A stretch of DNA of 64,000 nucleotides from a virus (taxonomy: Duplodnaviria; Caudoviricetes). The translations under genes and the position numbers were made by a program. The notes under the pieces are model-generated. The model was given only the letters and a program-made list of their open reading frames with translations. It searched no databases and had not been told where the DNA came from. The first letter of the stretch is position 1. Every line of letters begins with the position of its first letter. Positions 38,832 through 47,413 of the stretch are shown here, piece after piece. The stretch lies in IMG/VR virus record IMGVR_UViG_3300043432_000485, positions 139,363 to 203,362 of that record; one strand, 5' to 3'.

Positions 38832-39233
38832 CTATCTTCTTATTTCCAGATATTCCGCTGCTCTCTGGAGTAGGGTAGGGTCATCACGCATGCGCCCCAA
38901 TGTCAGGTTGCACCCGAGACACAACAATCCTCTAATGATTCCCGTCTTATGGCAGTGATCAACTGCAAGACGTCGGTGCAAAGGAGGCTGACGGCAGATC
39001 GCGCATCCCCCTCCTTGTTCATCTAGCAAAAGTTGGTATCTTTCCGGGGAAACTCCGTACAGACGTTCGGTACGTAATGGGTAATCTTTGAATCGGCGAT
39101 CACGATTGTAGGACCGGATGCAGGGGCGACACCAACTGCCAAGTCCATCGGACGAAGATTTACGAGTGCGGAAATCGGTGGACTCTTTCGTCTCACCGCA
39201 CTTGGTGCACCGTTTACTCATCTCAGCGGTCAT
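38832..39233 (-). CDS. Recombination endonuclease VII-family homing-endonuclease-like protein
   Basis: YGVSPERYQLLLDEQGGGCAIC...LAVDHCHKTGIIRGLLCLGCNLTLG. Confidence 0.9.
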   Translation of the reverse strand: MTAEMSKRCTKCGETKESTDFRTRKSSSDGLGSWCRPCIRSYNRDRRFKDYPLRTERLYGVSPERYQLLLDEQGGGCAICRQPPLHRRLAVDHCHKTGIIRGLLCLGCNLTLGRMRDDPTLLQRAAEYLEIRR

Positions 39234-39639
39234 TCTTCAACTTGGTTAGGGCCTCTTTAGCCAGAGAACGTCTTGCAGTTCTACCCTGTTCGCTCATTGG
39301 CTCATAGTCGATGTAGTCCTTGCCCGTGTGTCGAATTAACGCGTGAGTCTGACCTTGCTCACGTGCAGCTTTCTTCACAGCCTCTCTTGCTCGGATGTGC
39401 TTCCAACGATCCTCCGCGCTACGTCCGACAGCCTTGTCGGCTGTGGGGTAGTCATGATCGTGGACTCCAGAGTTGGCGGTGGCACCCGTACCAACCGCGA
39501 AAGCAAACCCAAATCCGCTCACCACCAAGGGGGCGGGTTCCTTGCACGAAGGGCAGTCATGGGTCGAGTGTTCCCCGACCTTGAGGTTCCTTTCAAACCG
39601 GAGGGAGCACTCGGGGCACTCGAAAGCATACTTTGGCAT
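39223..39639 (-). CDS. FmdB-family zinc-ribbon protein
   Basis: MPKYAFECPEC...CPSC N-terminus. Confidence 0.75.
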   Translation of the reverse strand: MPKYAFECPECSLRFERNLKVGEHSTHDCPSCKEPAPLVVSGFGFAFAVGTGATANSGVHDHDYPTADKAVGRSAEDRWKHIRAREAVKKAAREQGQTHALIRHTGKDYIDYEPMSEQGRTARRSLAKEALTKLKNDR

Positions 39640-39640
39640 T

Positions 39641-40837
39641 TTACAGAATCCTCTCGAAGTCGTTGCTGCGCCCGGCTATGACGGGCATCGTGGAGAGCAC
39701 CAGCTTGTTCTGAACGTCCCCTATGATGGTGGACTCGTTGAACCGATCCAGCACTTTGGAACTCGCGTCCGTGGCCGGTGTAGTGTCTGTCACCCTTGTG
39801 ATGGTCAGCGGGAGAGGGAAGTGAATTTCCCAGCGAGTTTGGATCTGAACCGAGGTAGAGATTGTGTACGTGTAGTCATCCGAGGTTTCATCGTATGTCT
39901 CCTCGGCCTCCCCTCCTATCGAGACGTCAGTGATCTCTATGCCCTCTGAGGACAACCTACTTCTCTTGACCGCAATCAAGTACATGAAGATTAGGTCAGC
40001 CAGCTCCTCGCTCTGCACCGAATCCCTGGAGATGGCGTCCAGCTCGAAGGTCACGTCAAATAGCCCCCCGAAAGCCTCCGCCACTACCACTCGATCCTCA
40101 TAGACAACGATCGCTACCTTGTCCCCTACCTTACCCCGTTTGCCGAAGGCCAAAACCACTCCGGGCAACGTTGAAAAGTCCGCCTTGTTCCACTGGTATG
40201 AAATTGGACCGACCGACGGTACTGCATAGCGGTAGTCAGCCGTCACCGTGGACCCAGGATTGGATCTGTCAAGAAATAGAATCGCCCCCGTTTGGTAGTC
40301 CACCGTGTAGTGGGTGCCTTCCTGGAGAGGGAAACGGCGGTTCTCCCATAGGCGTAAAGTTCCCTGCACAGGGACCCGTTGAAGCTGGCCCTCAGTCTCT
40401 ACCCCAGAGACGAAGCGCAGCACCGGCTCTCCATTGACCGTAAGCAATGGATCCAAGATGTACTGACCCTCTGATTGTGCGTCCTCAGGGACTGACAGGA
40501 TCTCCAGGTAGTAGATTCCTGGTGGAGTTGGCATCACATCCCCATTGGCCTTGATACAGGCCACGTCCTCCCGAATCCATTCCAAGGGGAATACCGGGGC
40601 ACCCACGTAAGCCAACATCACGTGGCTCTCTACTGCACCAAGAAAGTTGTCGGCCGACAGCTGCGCTTTGTTGCCGCTACTCCCCTTGACGACGATCCCC
40701 ATTTGGGGGCGCTCGTCAAAAGCGAAACGATTCTGGATGAAGGGCACGATCTTATCGTAGATCGGGTGCTCCGAGAATGAGTCCTTGAGTTCAAGGATCA
40801 ACCTCCGCTTCATGGATGAGATCAGGTTGAAGTACAT
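39641..40837 (-). CDS. Putative tail terminator/completion protein
   Basis: Located just upstream of the sheath; internal HYTVDYQTGAILF module; terminator-like C-terminal beta strands. Confidence 0.55.
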   Translation of the reverse strand: MYFNLISSMKRRLILELKDSFSEHPIYDKIVPFIQNRFAFDERPQMGIVVKGSSGNKAQLSADNFLGAVESHVMLAYVGAPVFPLEWIREDVACIKANGDVMPTPPGIYYLEILSVPEDAQSEGQYILDPLLTVNGEPVLRFVSGVETEGQLQRVPVQGTLRLWENRRFPLQEGTHYTVDYQTGAILFLDRSNPGSTVTADYRYAVPSVGPISYQWNKADFSTLPGVVLAFGKRGKVGDKVAIVVYEDRVVVAEAFGGLFDVTFELDAISRDSVQSEELADLIFMYLIAVKRSRLSSEGIEITDVSIGGEAEETYDETSDDYTYTISTSVQIQTRWEIHFPLPLTITRVTDTTPATDASSKVLDRFNESTIIGDVQNKLVLSTMPVIAGRSNDFERIL

Positions 40838-41869
40838 TTAGCCGGAGTGCTCCTCGGTGGCCAGCACCAAGAGCCCCTCAGCCACCGCTGTCATCGGGTC
40901 CTTGGCCATCCTAATTTCGCTGATCTGGATGGGGAAACCCTTCTTCTTGACAGCCTCAAACTCCTCATTGAAGACCTGCATGAACCCAGTGGCTCGGCTT
41001 GTCCCTCCAGACACCACAAACGGGATCGGCTCAGGAAGGTCCATCCCAGCGGACACCTTCTTGAACTGAATCGCGATGTTCTCCAGCACGTACTTGATGA
41101 GAGCCCGAATGTACATCGCTAGGGCCTCCTCATCTCTACTCTTGGGTGCTGCGAGGTCCACGCCCTTCTCCTTGATCGAGCACATGCGCGCAGCCGTTGA
41201 TCCGGTTGCCTTAGCGGCATGTTGATCAATCCAGTCACCCCCGCGGGCCACTGAGAAGTCCATACCCTTTACGGTTTGGTACGCGAGAGCGATGTTACCC
41301 ATACCGGAGCCGAAGCTCACCGAGAGCCCGGAGAAGTTGTCTTGAGCGCACTGACTGTAGATGATGGCCATGGCCTCATTCATCGGGTGCGGGGTGTAAC
41401 CAAGCTCCACCAGGATCTTCTTGAAGACCTCTTGGTGGTAGATGATGTCCTGGTGCTCATCGTCCACAGGGGCGGCCGGCACGCTGTAGTAGCAATGCTC
41501 TTTTGGTGCCACCGGTGTACCCACCACATTGGCGATCAACAGGCTCAGGATCTGCTGGGCATCCAACTCACCGGCCGAGATCACACCGCGGCTCAAAGGC
41601 CGGCGCACCTCCCGCTTGAACAGATTGGCCATCGTGAGAGCGGAATCCCCCAGTACGATTAGAGAGCCATCCTTCTCTACGTAGTCTACTTTGGACAACC
41701 GGAGCGTCTTCTTGACCTCCAGGTCCAGGTCCAAGAACGCATCACGGATGCGCTTGGTCTCCACTTGATCCCCGGAGCCCGTTTGCCGAGCAGATACCAA
41801 GTTCATGGTGCCGATGTCCAGCCCGCATCCGGGCTTGTATTCTGATTTTGCCATCTGATTTTTCTCCAT
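40838..41869 (-). CDS. Actin-superfamily ATPase (volactin/MreB-like)
   Basis: Phosphate-1 GLDIGTMN, connect-1 MNEAMA, phosphate-2 SVSFGSGMGN, adenosine VVSGGTS, connect-2 PMTAVAEG. Confidence 0.88.
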   Translation of the reverse strand: MEKNQMAKSEYKPGCGLDIGTMNLVSARQTGSGDQVETKRIRDAFLDLDLEVKKTLRLSKVDYVEKDGSLIVLGDSALTMANLFKREVRRPLSRGVISAGELDAQQILSLLIANVVGTPVAPKEHCYYSVPAAPVDDEHQDIIYHQEVFKKILVELGYTPHPMNEAMAIIYSQCAQDNFSGLSVSFGSGMGNIALAYQTVKGMDFSVARGGDWIDQHAAKATGSTAARMCSIKEKGVDLAAPKSRDEEALAMYIRALIKYVLENIAIQFKKVSAGMDLPEPIPFVVSGGTSRATGFMQVFNEEFEAVKKKGFPIQISEIRMAKDPMTAVAEGLLVLATEEHSG

Positions 41870-41888
41870 TTGCCCCTAAAGGGGATAG

Positions 41889-42539
41889 TCATCTGAAATC
41901 GTAGCCAGCGGAAGCCTCCCGCACCCCCGCACGTTGTTGAAGCAAGTAAACGAACTCTTCGTGCTTGTCCGCCACACCCTGCAATAGGTTGTCAGTCCCG
42001 TCTGAGAGCTGGCCCTTTTGGTCCAAGTCGTAACGGGCGCTCTTGAGGCAACCCAACACGCAATGCTCTACACTGAGACTCTCCTGGATCATGCCAAGAT
42101 CTGTGTCATCAGCATCGGCACTTGAGCACCAGTAATTGATCAACGCGTGCACAAGATTCGCCTGAAGCCGGGCATCCACCAACGCTCGGTTGCCAGACCC
42201 TACCGAGCGTTCGGCAACCTGGTCGATGAAACCAACCGAGTCATTGTAGAGGCGCTCGAACAACAAGTGGTCACCATAGAAGGAACTCCCGCTGGAGCGC
42301 CAGTGGTGGGTCTGATGAATGATGGACGCCGCACGCAGAACTGCGACCAAAGCCCCCAGCTCGGCCATTTCCATGCCCTTGGGGAACATGCCCATCAACT
42401 TGGGCAGCACTGGGTCAACACTATCGGCAGCCATCTTCAACCTCGATTCAAACCCTTCCGGTAGATACGGAGGACCGTTGCGCAGAGCTTCGAATGCGAG
42501 AGGGTCCACCCAGATCGCATGTAGGGAGTCCTTACCCAT
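41889..42539 (-). CDS. Dps/ferritin-like protein
   Basis: HHWRSSGSSFYGDHLLFERLY...IDQVAER matches the Dps ferroxidase signature. Confidence 0.8.
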   Translation of the reverse strand: MGKDSLHAIWVDPLAFEALRNGPPYLPEGFESRLKMAADSVDPVLPKLMGMFPKGMEMAELGALVAVLRAASIIHQTHHWRSSGSSFYGDHLLFERLYNDSVGFIDQVAERSVGSGNRALVDARLQANLVHALINYWCSSADADDTDLGMIQESLSVEHCVLGCLKSARYDLDQKGQLSDGTDNLLQGVADKHEEFVYLLQQRAGVREASAGYDFR

Positions 42540-42541
42540 CT

Positions 42542-42841
42542 TCAGTCGTTTTCGAAGGGATTCACGAACGCAGCGACCTTGGGGGCAGCGGCCTCAGCCT
42601 TGGCGTCTTCCTTCATCTCCTGGCCCACCTGAGCAGGAGTGTGGCGCTTGGGCTTGGCGGTGAACACTTTGCCCGTGTAGGGGGAGCGAATCGAAACCTT
42701 CTTCTCTTCCAAGTAGAAGTTGTGCCCTTCCGGGTCCTCGTACTTCCAGAGAACGGGGGCGGCTGCCTCTTTGGCCTGACCGCTGATACGAGCCGAAACC
42801 TCTTTGGCTTGGGCCAGAACGCTAGCTTGACGTGGGTGCAT
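42542..42841 (-). CDS. Hypothetical protein (99 aa)
   Basis: Start moved to ATG 42841, preceded by SD AAAGGAG. Confidence 0.65.
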   Translation of the reverse strand: MHPRQASVLAQAKEVSARISGQAKEAAAPVLWKYEDPEGHNFYLEEKKVSIRSPYTGKVFTAKPKRHTPAQVGQEMKEDAKAEAAAPKVAAFVNPFEND

Positions 42842-42894
42842 GGATGGACTCCTTTTCAACGGTAGCAACTCTAAGCAAGCTTTATTGAAACGGG

Positions 42895-43515
42895 TTAGCC
42901 CTTGCGCATCTTCCTGAGGCGCTCAGCCGCTTCAGATACCCCGGACTGAGTCGACTCCCCTTGGATATCTATATGAGCATCCATGTCTTTGGGCCTAATC
43001 TCCGAAGGCAGGAACGTGGGAGCCGTCCCGTCAGCAACCTCGGACTTCTGCGCAGTTACATTCCCACGTGAAGCCCCTGTCCCTGTCACCATGGGTACCC
43101 CAGATTTCAGGGCCATCAAGATAGAGTCCAACTTGGAGTCCATCTCCTGCCCACTCTTCTGTAACTGTTCCCGTAGGGCCTTGTTCTCAGACTCCAATCG
43201 AACCACATGGCTCTCCAGTTCGGTCACATACCGTTCGAGTCGGGATTTCTCTGGGTCTGCTGTCATGGGCTGGCTGGTAGGAATCGTTGGCAACTGGTAC
43301 AGGTGCTTCTGAGAAATGCCCCGCCAAAGGTCCTTGGACATCAAAGCCAATTCAGCCGGGATCACCACCGTTGCGCCATAGGCTACGTCGCGACCGATGT
43401 CCTCGATCAGATGAGTCCCGGCCACCAATCCAACGACGCGTATGTCCCCATTCACATTTGGTTTGTTCATAATGAGTGCTCTGAGCCATAACCAGAGCCG
43501 GTGTAACCAGCTCAC
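42895..43515 (-). CDS. Hypothetical coiled-coil protein with Trp/Leu-rich N-terminus
   Basis: MSWLHRLWLWLRALI; central heptads LERYVTELESHVVRLESENKALREQL; GTGA overlap with the upstream gene. Confidence 0.6.
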   Translation of the reverse strand: MSWLHRLWLWLRALIMNKPNVNGDIRVVGLVAGTHLIEDIGRDVAYGATVVIPAELALMSKDLWRGISQKHLYQLPTIPTSQPMTADPEKSRLERYVTELESHVVRLESENKALREQLQKSGQEMDSKLDSILMALKSGVPMVTGTGASRGNVTAQKSEVADGTAPTFLPSEIRPKDMDAHIDIQGESTQSGVSEAAERLRKMRKG

Positions 43516-44051
43516 TTCTTCTTCAACGATGCCTTGATTTGCTTCTTCAGCTCCTTGGCGAACTTGTCCTTCAGGAACTCTCTCGATTCTGCTTTAGCCA
43601 CATCCACGAAGTTGGATGGCTTTCGGCCCGGGTGAACCCAGCCCTTCTTACCCTCACGCGGACCGCCTCCTGCACGACGCATGGATCGGGCGGTGGCGTT
43701 CCGGAAGATGAGCTTGCCCGTGTCCGTGATGATGGGGATCGGAGTCTTGGACTTCACCAGCCACTTCATCTGCTGCCTGTTTTGACCGTGAACCAATGGC
43801 CCAAAGGCCGGGTGGTCCACAGTCACCAAAAGGCTGGCCGGCTTGATCTCGATCGCCATCGCTTTGGCTAACGCCTTCTTGGCTCTCTTGGAGAATGCCT
43901 CAGGGGTTAGCTTGGCCTTGAGTCTGCGCAACAGGTCCGCCCGTGACTTGGCCAACGCGTCCTTGATCTGCGCGTCCGTAGCCGAAAACGAATCAGACGT
44001 AGGGAGTAAACCCCGTAGGTGCATACGGGTGGCTATGAACTTGACTGCCAT
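43512..44051 (-). CDS. Putative neck/tail-completion protein (HK97 gp10-like, basic)
   Basis: Very basic 179-aa protein ending WVHPGRKPSNFVDVA, following a neck gene. Confidence 0.5.
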   Translation of the reverse strand: MAVKFIATRMHLRGLLPTSDSFSATDAQIKDALAKSRADLLRRLKAKLTPEAFSKRAKKALAKAMAIEIKPASLLVTVDHPAFGPLVHGQNRQQMKWLVKSKTPIPIITDTGKLIFRNATARSMRRAGGGPREGKKGWVHPGRKPSNFVDVAKAESREFLKDKFAKELKKQIKASLKKK

Positions 44052-45412
44052 CAGTACTCAGTGTTCTCCCAGACCTTGGAGCGCCCGCGCAGTTCCCGCT
44101 CATCAGGGATGTTTGGTTTGCCAGTGATGCTGGCATCAGCCTCGCTCTCCGGACCGCGAGGGGAGAACTGCACGGCCGAGTACTTCACAGGATTGCCAAC
44201 CGGCACCTTGTAGCGGATATCCTTCTCGTCCAGATGGCCGATGTTGAAATGCTGCTGCAAGACCATGCCTCGATTGGAGGGGAATCGCACCGGACCCACC
44301 GAGTACCGCTCTCCGTTGATCTTAACCAAGAAGTCGCGCTGAGACAGGATTGGAGAAGGGCCGGTCCAGACTTCGTATGCGTGCTCCAGCGTCCTGCCGA
44401 CGTCCTTCTGAGCAATACGCCTCTCAGCGTCATCGGGAGCGATCAGCACGTCATACGGACCTTCGAACCCTCCTAGGATCCCGGTCCCGTAGCACTTCAA
44501 GCAGTCGTTGAGGGGCTGCTTGTGAGTGTCATCCGGGAAGCACGAGCAGGGTACTCCAACGAGCTTGCGGATGAACACCTTTACGCGCTCTCCGCCTTGC
44601 TCAAGAATGAACCGGTTGCGGCGCACGCCCTCACGCCAGATGTAGTCGATCTTCTCGACTTCCATCGAGCTGGTTGCAGTCGCGTTCTCAAGCGGGGTCT
44701 CGATCAGATCCTGGCACTGCACCTTACTGAGGTCACACCCGACGCGTACCCCCACCGATGTAATGCGGTAGAAAACCCTCTGCCCAAGATCGGTTTTGAG
44801 CAGGCTCCTGTTACGCCGGTACGTGCACGTCACTCGGCTGTTGGGGCCTGGCACCAACGATGGATCAAACTTCTGCCGCGTCACGTCCGCGTAGATGTAC
44901 GGATTGATCTCCACTTCCCCTGAGAACCCATGGACCGCAAGAGGACGTACTGTCACACCGTCAATCTGGACCCTCACGTCATCCGGGGAGTCCGTGGTGA
45001 CCGCTTGCGACCCCTCTTTGATGATGGGGCTGTGAAGCGTCTTGAACACCCATCTGGGACCAGCTTCGCTAGAGCCTGAGCACTCCCCATCAAGCACGAA
45101 CTTGTCCGGAGTGATCTCCTCTTCGATGATCAGCTCATTGTCTGTCTGGTCCCTCCAGAAATTGGAGCAGACGAGCAGTTCCGAGATGCGATTGAATGGA
45201 CCGAACTCCGAATCGAAGGATCGGTACACGTTGACCCCCAGCAGCTGGTACGTGCTGTTGAGAGGCAGGGTGGTGGGATCATCCCATCGAAGATCGAAAA
45301 CACCCGGGGTGTACCCGCTCGTCAGGAACAAGTTCAGCGGAGGCAACGGCCAAGGGGTCTTGGTGTACTCCAGCTCGCTGATGTTCCAGTCTCTTTGAGA
45401 TGAGTAAGCCAC
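44051..45412 (-). CDS. Putative head-closure/neck protein
   Basis: C-terminal CSC...CLKCYGTGILGGF...WTGPSPILSQRDFLV pattern typical of large-myophage neck proteins. Confidence 0.55.
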   Translation of the reverse strand: MAYSSQRDWNISELEYTKTPWPLPPLNLFLTSGYTPGVFDLRWDDPTTLPLNSTYQLLGVNVYRSFDSEFGPFNRISELLVCSNFWRDQTDNELIIEEEITPDKFVLDGECSGSSEAGPRWVFKTLHSPIIKEGSQAVTTDSPDDVRVQIDGVTVRPLAVHGFSGEVEINPYIYADVTRQKFDPSLVPGPNSRVTCTYRRNRSLLKTDLGQRVFYRITSVGVRVGCDLSKVQCQDLIETPLENATATSSMEVEKIDYIWREGVRRNRFILEQGGERVKVFIRKLVGVPCSCFPDDTHKQPLNDCLKCYGTGILGGFEGPYDVLIAPDDAERRIAQKDVGRTLEHAYEVWTGPSPILSQRDFLVKINGERYSVGPVRFPSNRGMVLQQHFNIGHLDEKDIRYKVPVGNPVKYSAVQFSPRGPESEADASITGKPNIPDERELRGRSKVWENTEY

Positions 45413-45451
45413 TCGATAAACCTCTCCCCTCTAGCCCTGCTACAAAGGGAA

Positions 45452-45467
45452 AGGCGAGAAGCCGCCT
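45452..45467 (-). terminator. Possible weak intrinsic terminator
   Basis: AGGCG-gcttct-CGCCT followed by TTCCCTTT on the minus strand. Confidence 0.3.
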
Positions 45468-45759
45468 ACTCAGGCTGGGCCGGTGCCGGAGTGGGCGAGA
45501 GCAAGGTCATCGCACCTGTCTTGAAATCGATTGAGACTTTGGTGTCCGAGGGTAGCCCGCGCTCGGTCAGGACGCGCTCGAACATGCGCTTCTTCTGGGC
45601 GTCCACCTGGTGAGCCGCGGCCAGTAGCTTGATGCGCTCCTGTTCGAGGTCCAGCAGGTTGGACCCAATTTCGTACCGCGCACTATCCAGCGCAGTGAAT
45701 TGTTGCATCGTATCCGGGTCAACGGGATCTTGAATGGTGAGTCTCTTGGCTTCAGACAT
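45466..45759 (-). CDS. Small coiled-coil hypothetical protein (97 aa)
   Basis: Start moved to ATG 45759 (MSEAKRLTIQDP) to avoid overlap with the glycosyltransferase. Confidence 0.6.
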   Translation of the reverse strand: MSEAKRLTIQDPVDPDTMQQFTALDSARYEIGSNLLDLEQERIKLLAAAHQVDAQKKRMFERVLTERGLPSDTKVSIDFKTGAMTLLSPTPAPAQPE

Positions 45760-45767
45760 GAGGGTCC

Positions 45768-46619
45768 CTACACCAAAGAGTAGAAAATTCGCAGAAGTAG
45801 TTGCAGGAACCAGACGAATCTCCAGTTGTGCCAGCAGCGGCACGAGCAGTTCGTCTGGGCACACCCCTCATCCACCAGGGCACGCATTTTGGCCCGGTCC
45901 CCCGTAGCGCGATTGTAGCGAGACGCCAAGTTGGCGTTGGTCCCCGGGGTCTGCTGGCCTTCCCACATGCGATCCGTCACCGAAGAGCCAATGCTCGGGT
46001 GCCACAGATGCAGGACATCAGCTTTCAGAGTCTTGTGCTTGGCGTAGAGGGTATCCAGAGCCCGAAGAAAGGCCACGTCCTCACCTCCCCAGCCCTGAAA
46101 TCGTGGATCCATGCAGCCCACCGTCTCGAAGGCCTCCCGCGGCATGATCTGGATCATCGCCCCGAAGTGGTGCCCGTGCATGGAGCCAACGGTGGACTCG
46201 ACCTCGTCCAAAGCCGGCGGGGAGGTGAAGCGATACGGGGTCCTCGGTTCAGAAGTGAGCACCATCTCTGTACTGGCTTCAGTGAGCCGGTACAGATGGC
46301 GGTACGGGATGAACCACAGCTTGTGCCCGCGCCGCGCCGCCTCTTCAATCGCACGGGCGCAACGCAAGATCGACTCCCCTCTTACGTAGGCATCGGAATC
46401 CAGAATGACGAATATCCTCCCAGCAGCCCGGCTGGCCGCGTCATTGACGGCTTCGGTCTTGGAGAAGGCCGCGCTCGTCGAATGGCCGATCACGATTTCA
46501 GCATCGGGCAGCTCGTAACTCCAGTACTCCTTGAGCCATTCCCATATCCTGGTTCGATGCGGAGTAGCCGAGTTGGGCCGGAAAGGCACCAGCAGGGATA
46601 TCTGAGGTCTGAGTTTCAT
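45768..46619 (-). CDS. Glycosyltransferase (GT-A fold, GT2/galactosyltransferase-like)
   Basis: ISLLVPFR, FSKTEAVN, DxD motif (LDSD), FQGWGGED. Confidence 0.88.
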   Translation of the reverse strand: MKLRPQISLLVPFRPNSATPHRTRIWEWLKEYWSYELPDAEIVIGHSTSAAFSKTEAVNDAASRAAGRIFVILDSDAYVRGESILRCARAIEEAARRGHKLWFIPYRHLYRLTEASTEMVLTSEPRTPYRFTSPPALDEVESTVGSMHGHHFGAMIQIMPREAFETVGCMDPRFQGWGGEDVAFLRALDTLYAKHKTLKADVLHLWHPSIGSSVTDRMWEGQQTPGTNANLASRYNRATGDRAKMRALVDEGCAQTNCSCRCWHNWRFVWFLQLLLRIFYSLV

Positions 46620-47365
46620 AGCCGTAACCCCATCAATCTCTGCTCAACATCCTGGAACACGTCATACAGCTCGTGCTGGCGATCCTGAACCTTCGATCTT
46701 GGGGCATCTTGGGTGACCCCTACTTTGAACTCAAGTCCCACGGTGGCCGAGTAGTCTCGGAACTTGAAGTCCCCTCCCTCTTTGGCGAAACGCTCGGTCA
46801 TCTCAATCCTCCTGGGTATGCCATAGGCATCTGCAACAATGATCCCATGAAGAGATGACGCCACGATCTTCCTACACTGACCGATCTGCCGAATCACCTC
46901 CAAGGGGTCCCCAGATGGACGAATGATCACCGGATTGAACTTCTTGAACTCGGGGCGGTGCTCCAGCTTGGTGTCAGACCAATGGGGAACGATGCCCAGC
47001 TGGTGAATCTTCTCGACCTCGGGCACCAGTTCGTCGGCTAGAAGTCCTGGGTCCCCCAGCACGAAGCCCTTGCGGGCGTTGACACTGGCCGCCGTCAGAG
47101 GCCCTCTCAACGCAAGGACAGTCGCCTTGGACAGGTCAACCTTGCTTGTGTCCCGGAGCTTACCTGACCCAATGACCATGCCTTCCCATTGTGGTGGAAG
47201 CATGTCCAGCACTGAACCAACGCATACTAGAGATGCGCTCTTCACTGGAGCCCACTCTACCCTGGTATTAGAGAAGCGTGCCAGTAGAAGAGGGGTTAGA
47301 AGATCACCAAAATTGGGCTTCCCAGTCCACCAATATCCAGTCGGAATGACCCGAGACAATGTCAT
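46616..47365 (-). CDS. Polysaccharide pyruvyltransferase family protein (ExoV-like)
   Basis: NFGDLL, VGSVL, ALRGPLT, GDPGLL, GIVPHW, SSLHGIIVADAYGIP. Confidence 0.88.
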   Translation of the reverse strand: MTLSRVIPTGYWWTGKPNFGDLLTPLLLARFSNTRVEWAPVKSASLVCVGSVLDMLPPQWEGMVIGSGKLRDTSKVDLSKATVLALRGPLTAASVNARKGFVLGDPGLLADELVPEVEKIHQLGIVPHWSDTKLEHRPEFKKFNPVIIRPSGDPLEVIRQIGQCRKIVASSLHGIIVADAYGIPRRIEMTERFAKEGGDFKFRDYSATVGLEFKVGVTQDAPRSKVQDRQHELYDVFQDVEQRLMGLRL

Positions 47366-47413
47366 GCGCAGCGTCCCTCAAGTAAGGAACGGCAATAAAT
47401 GCACTACCCCTGG

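Noticed and set aside
45801-46688. 295-aa plus-strand ORF, and similar long plus-strand ORFs (12751-13494, 36702-37364, 34713-35267, 6859-7431)
   Set aside because: They are antisense shadows of well-supported minus-strand genes in GC-rich DNA and have no recognisable motifs.
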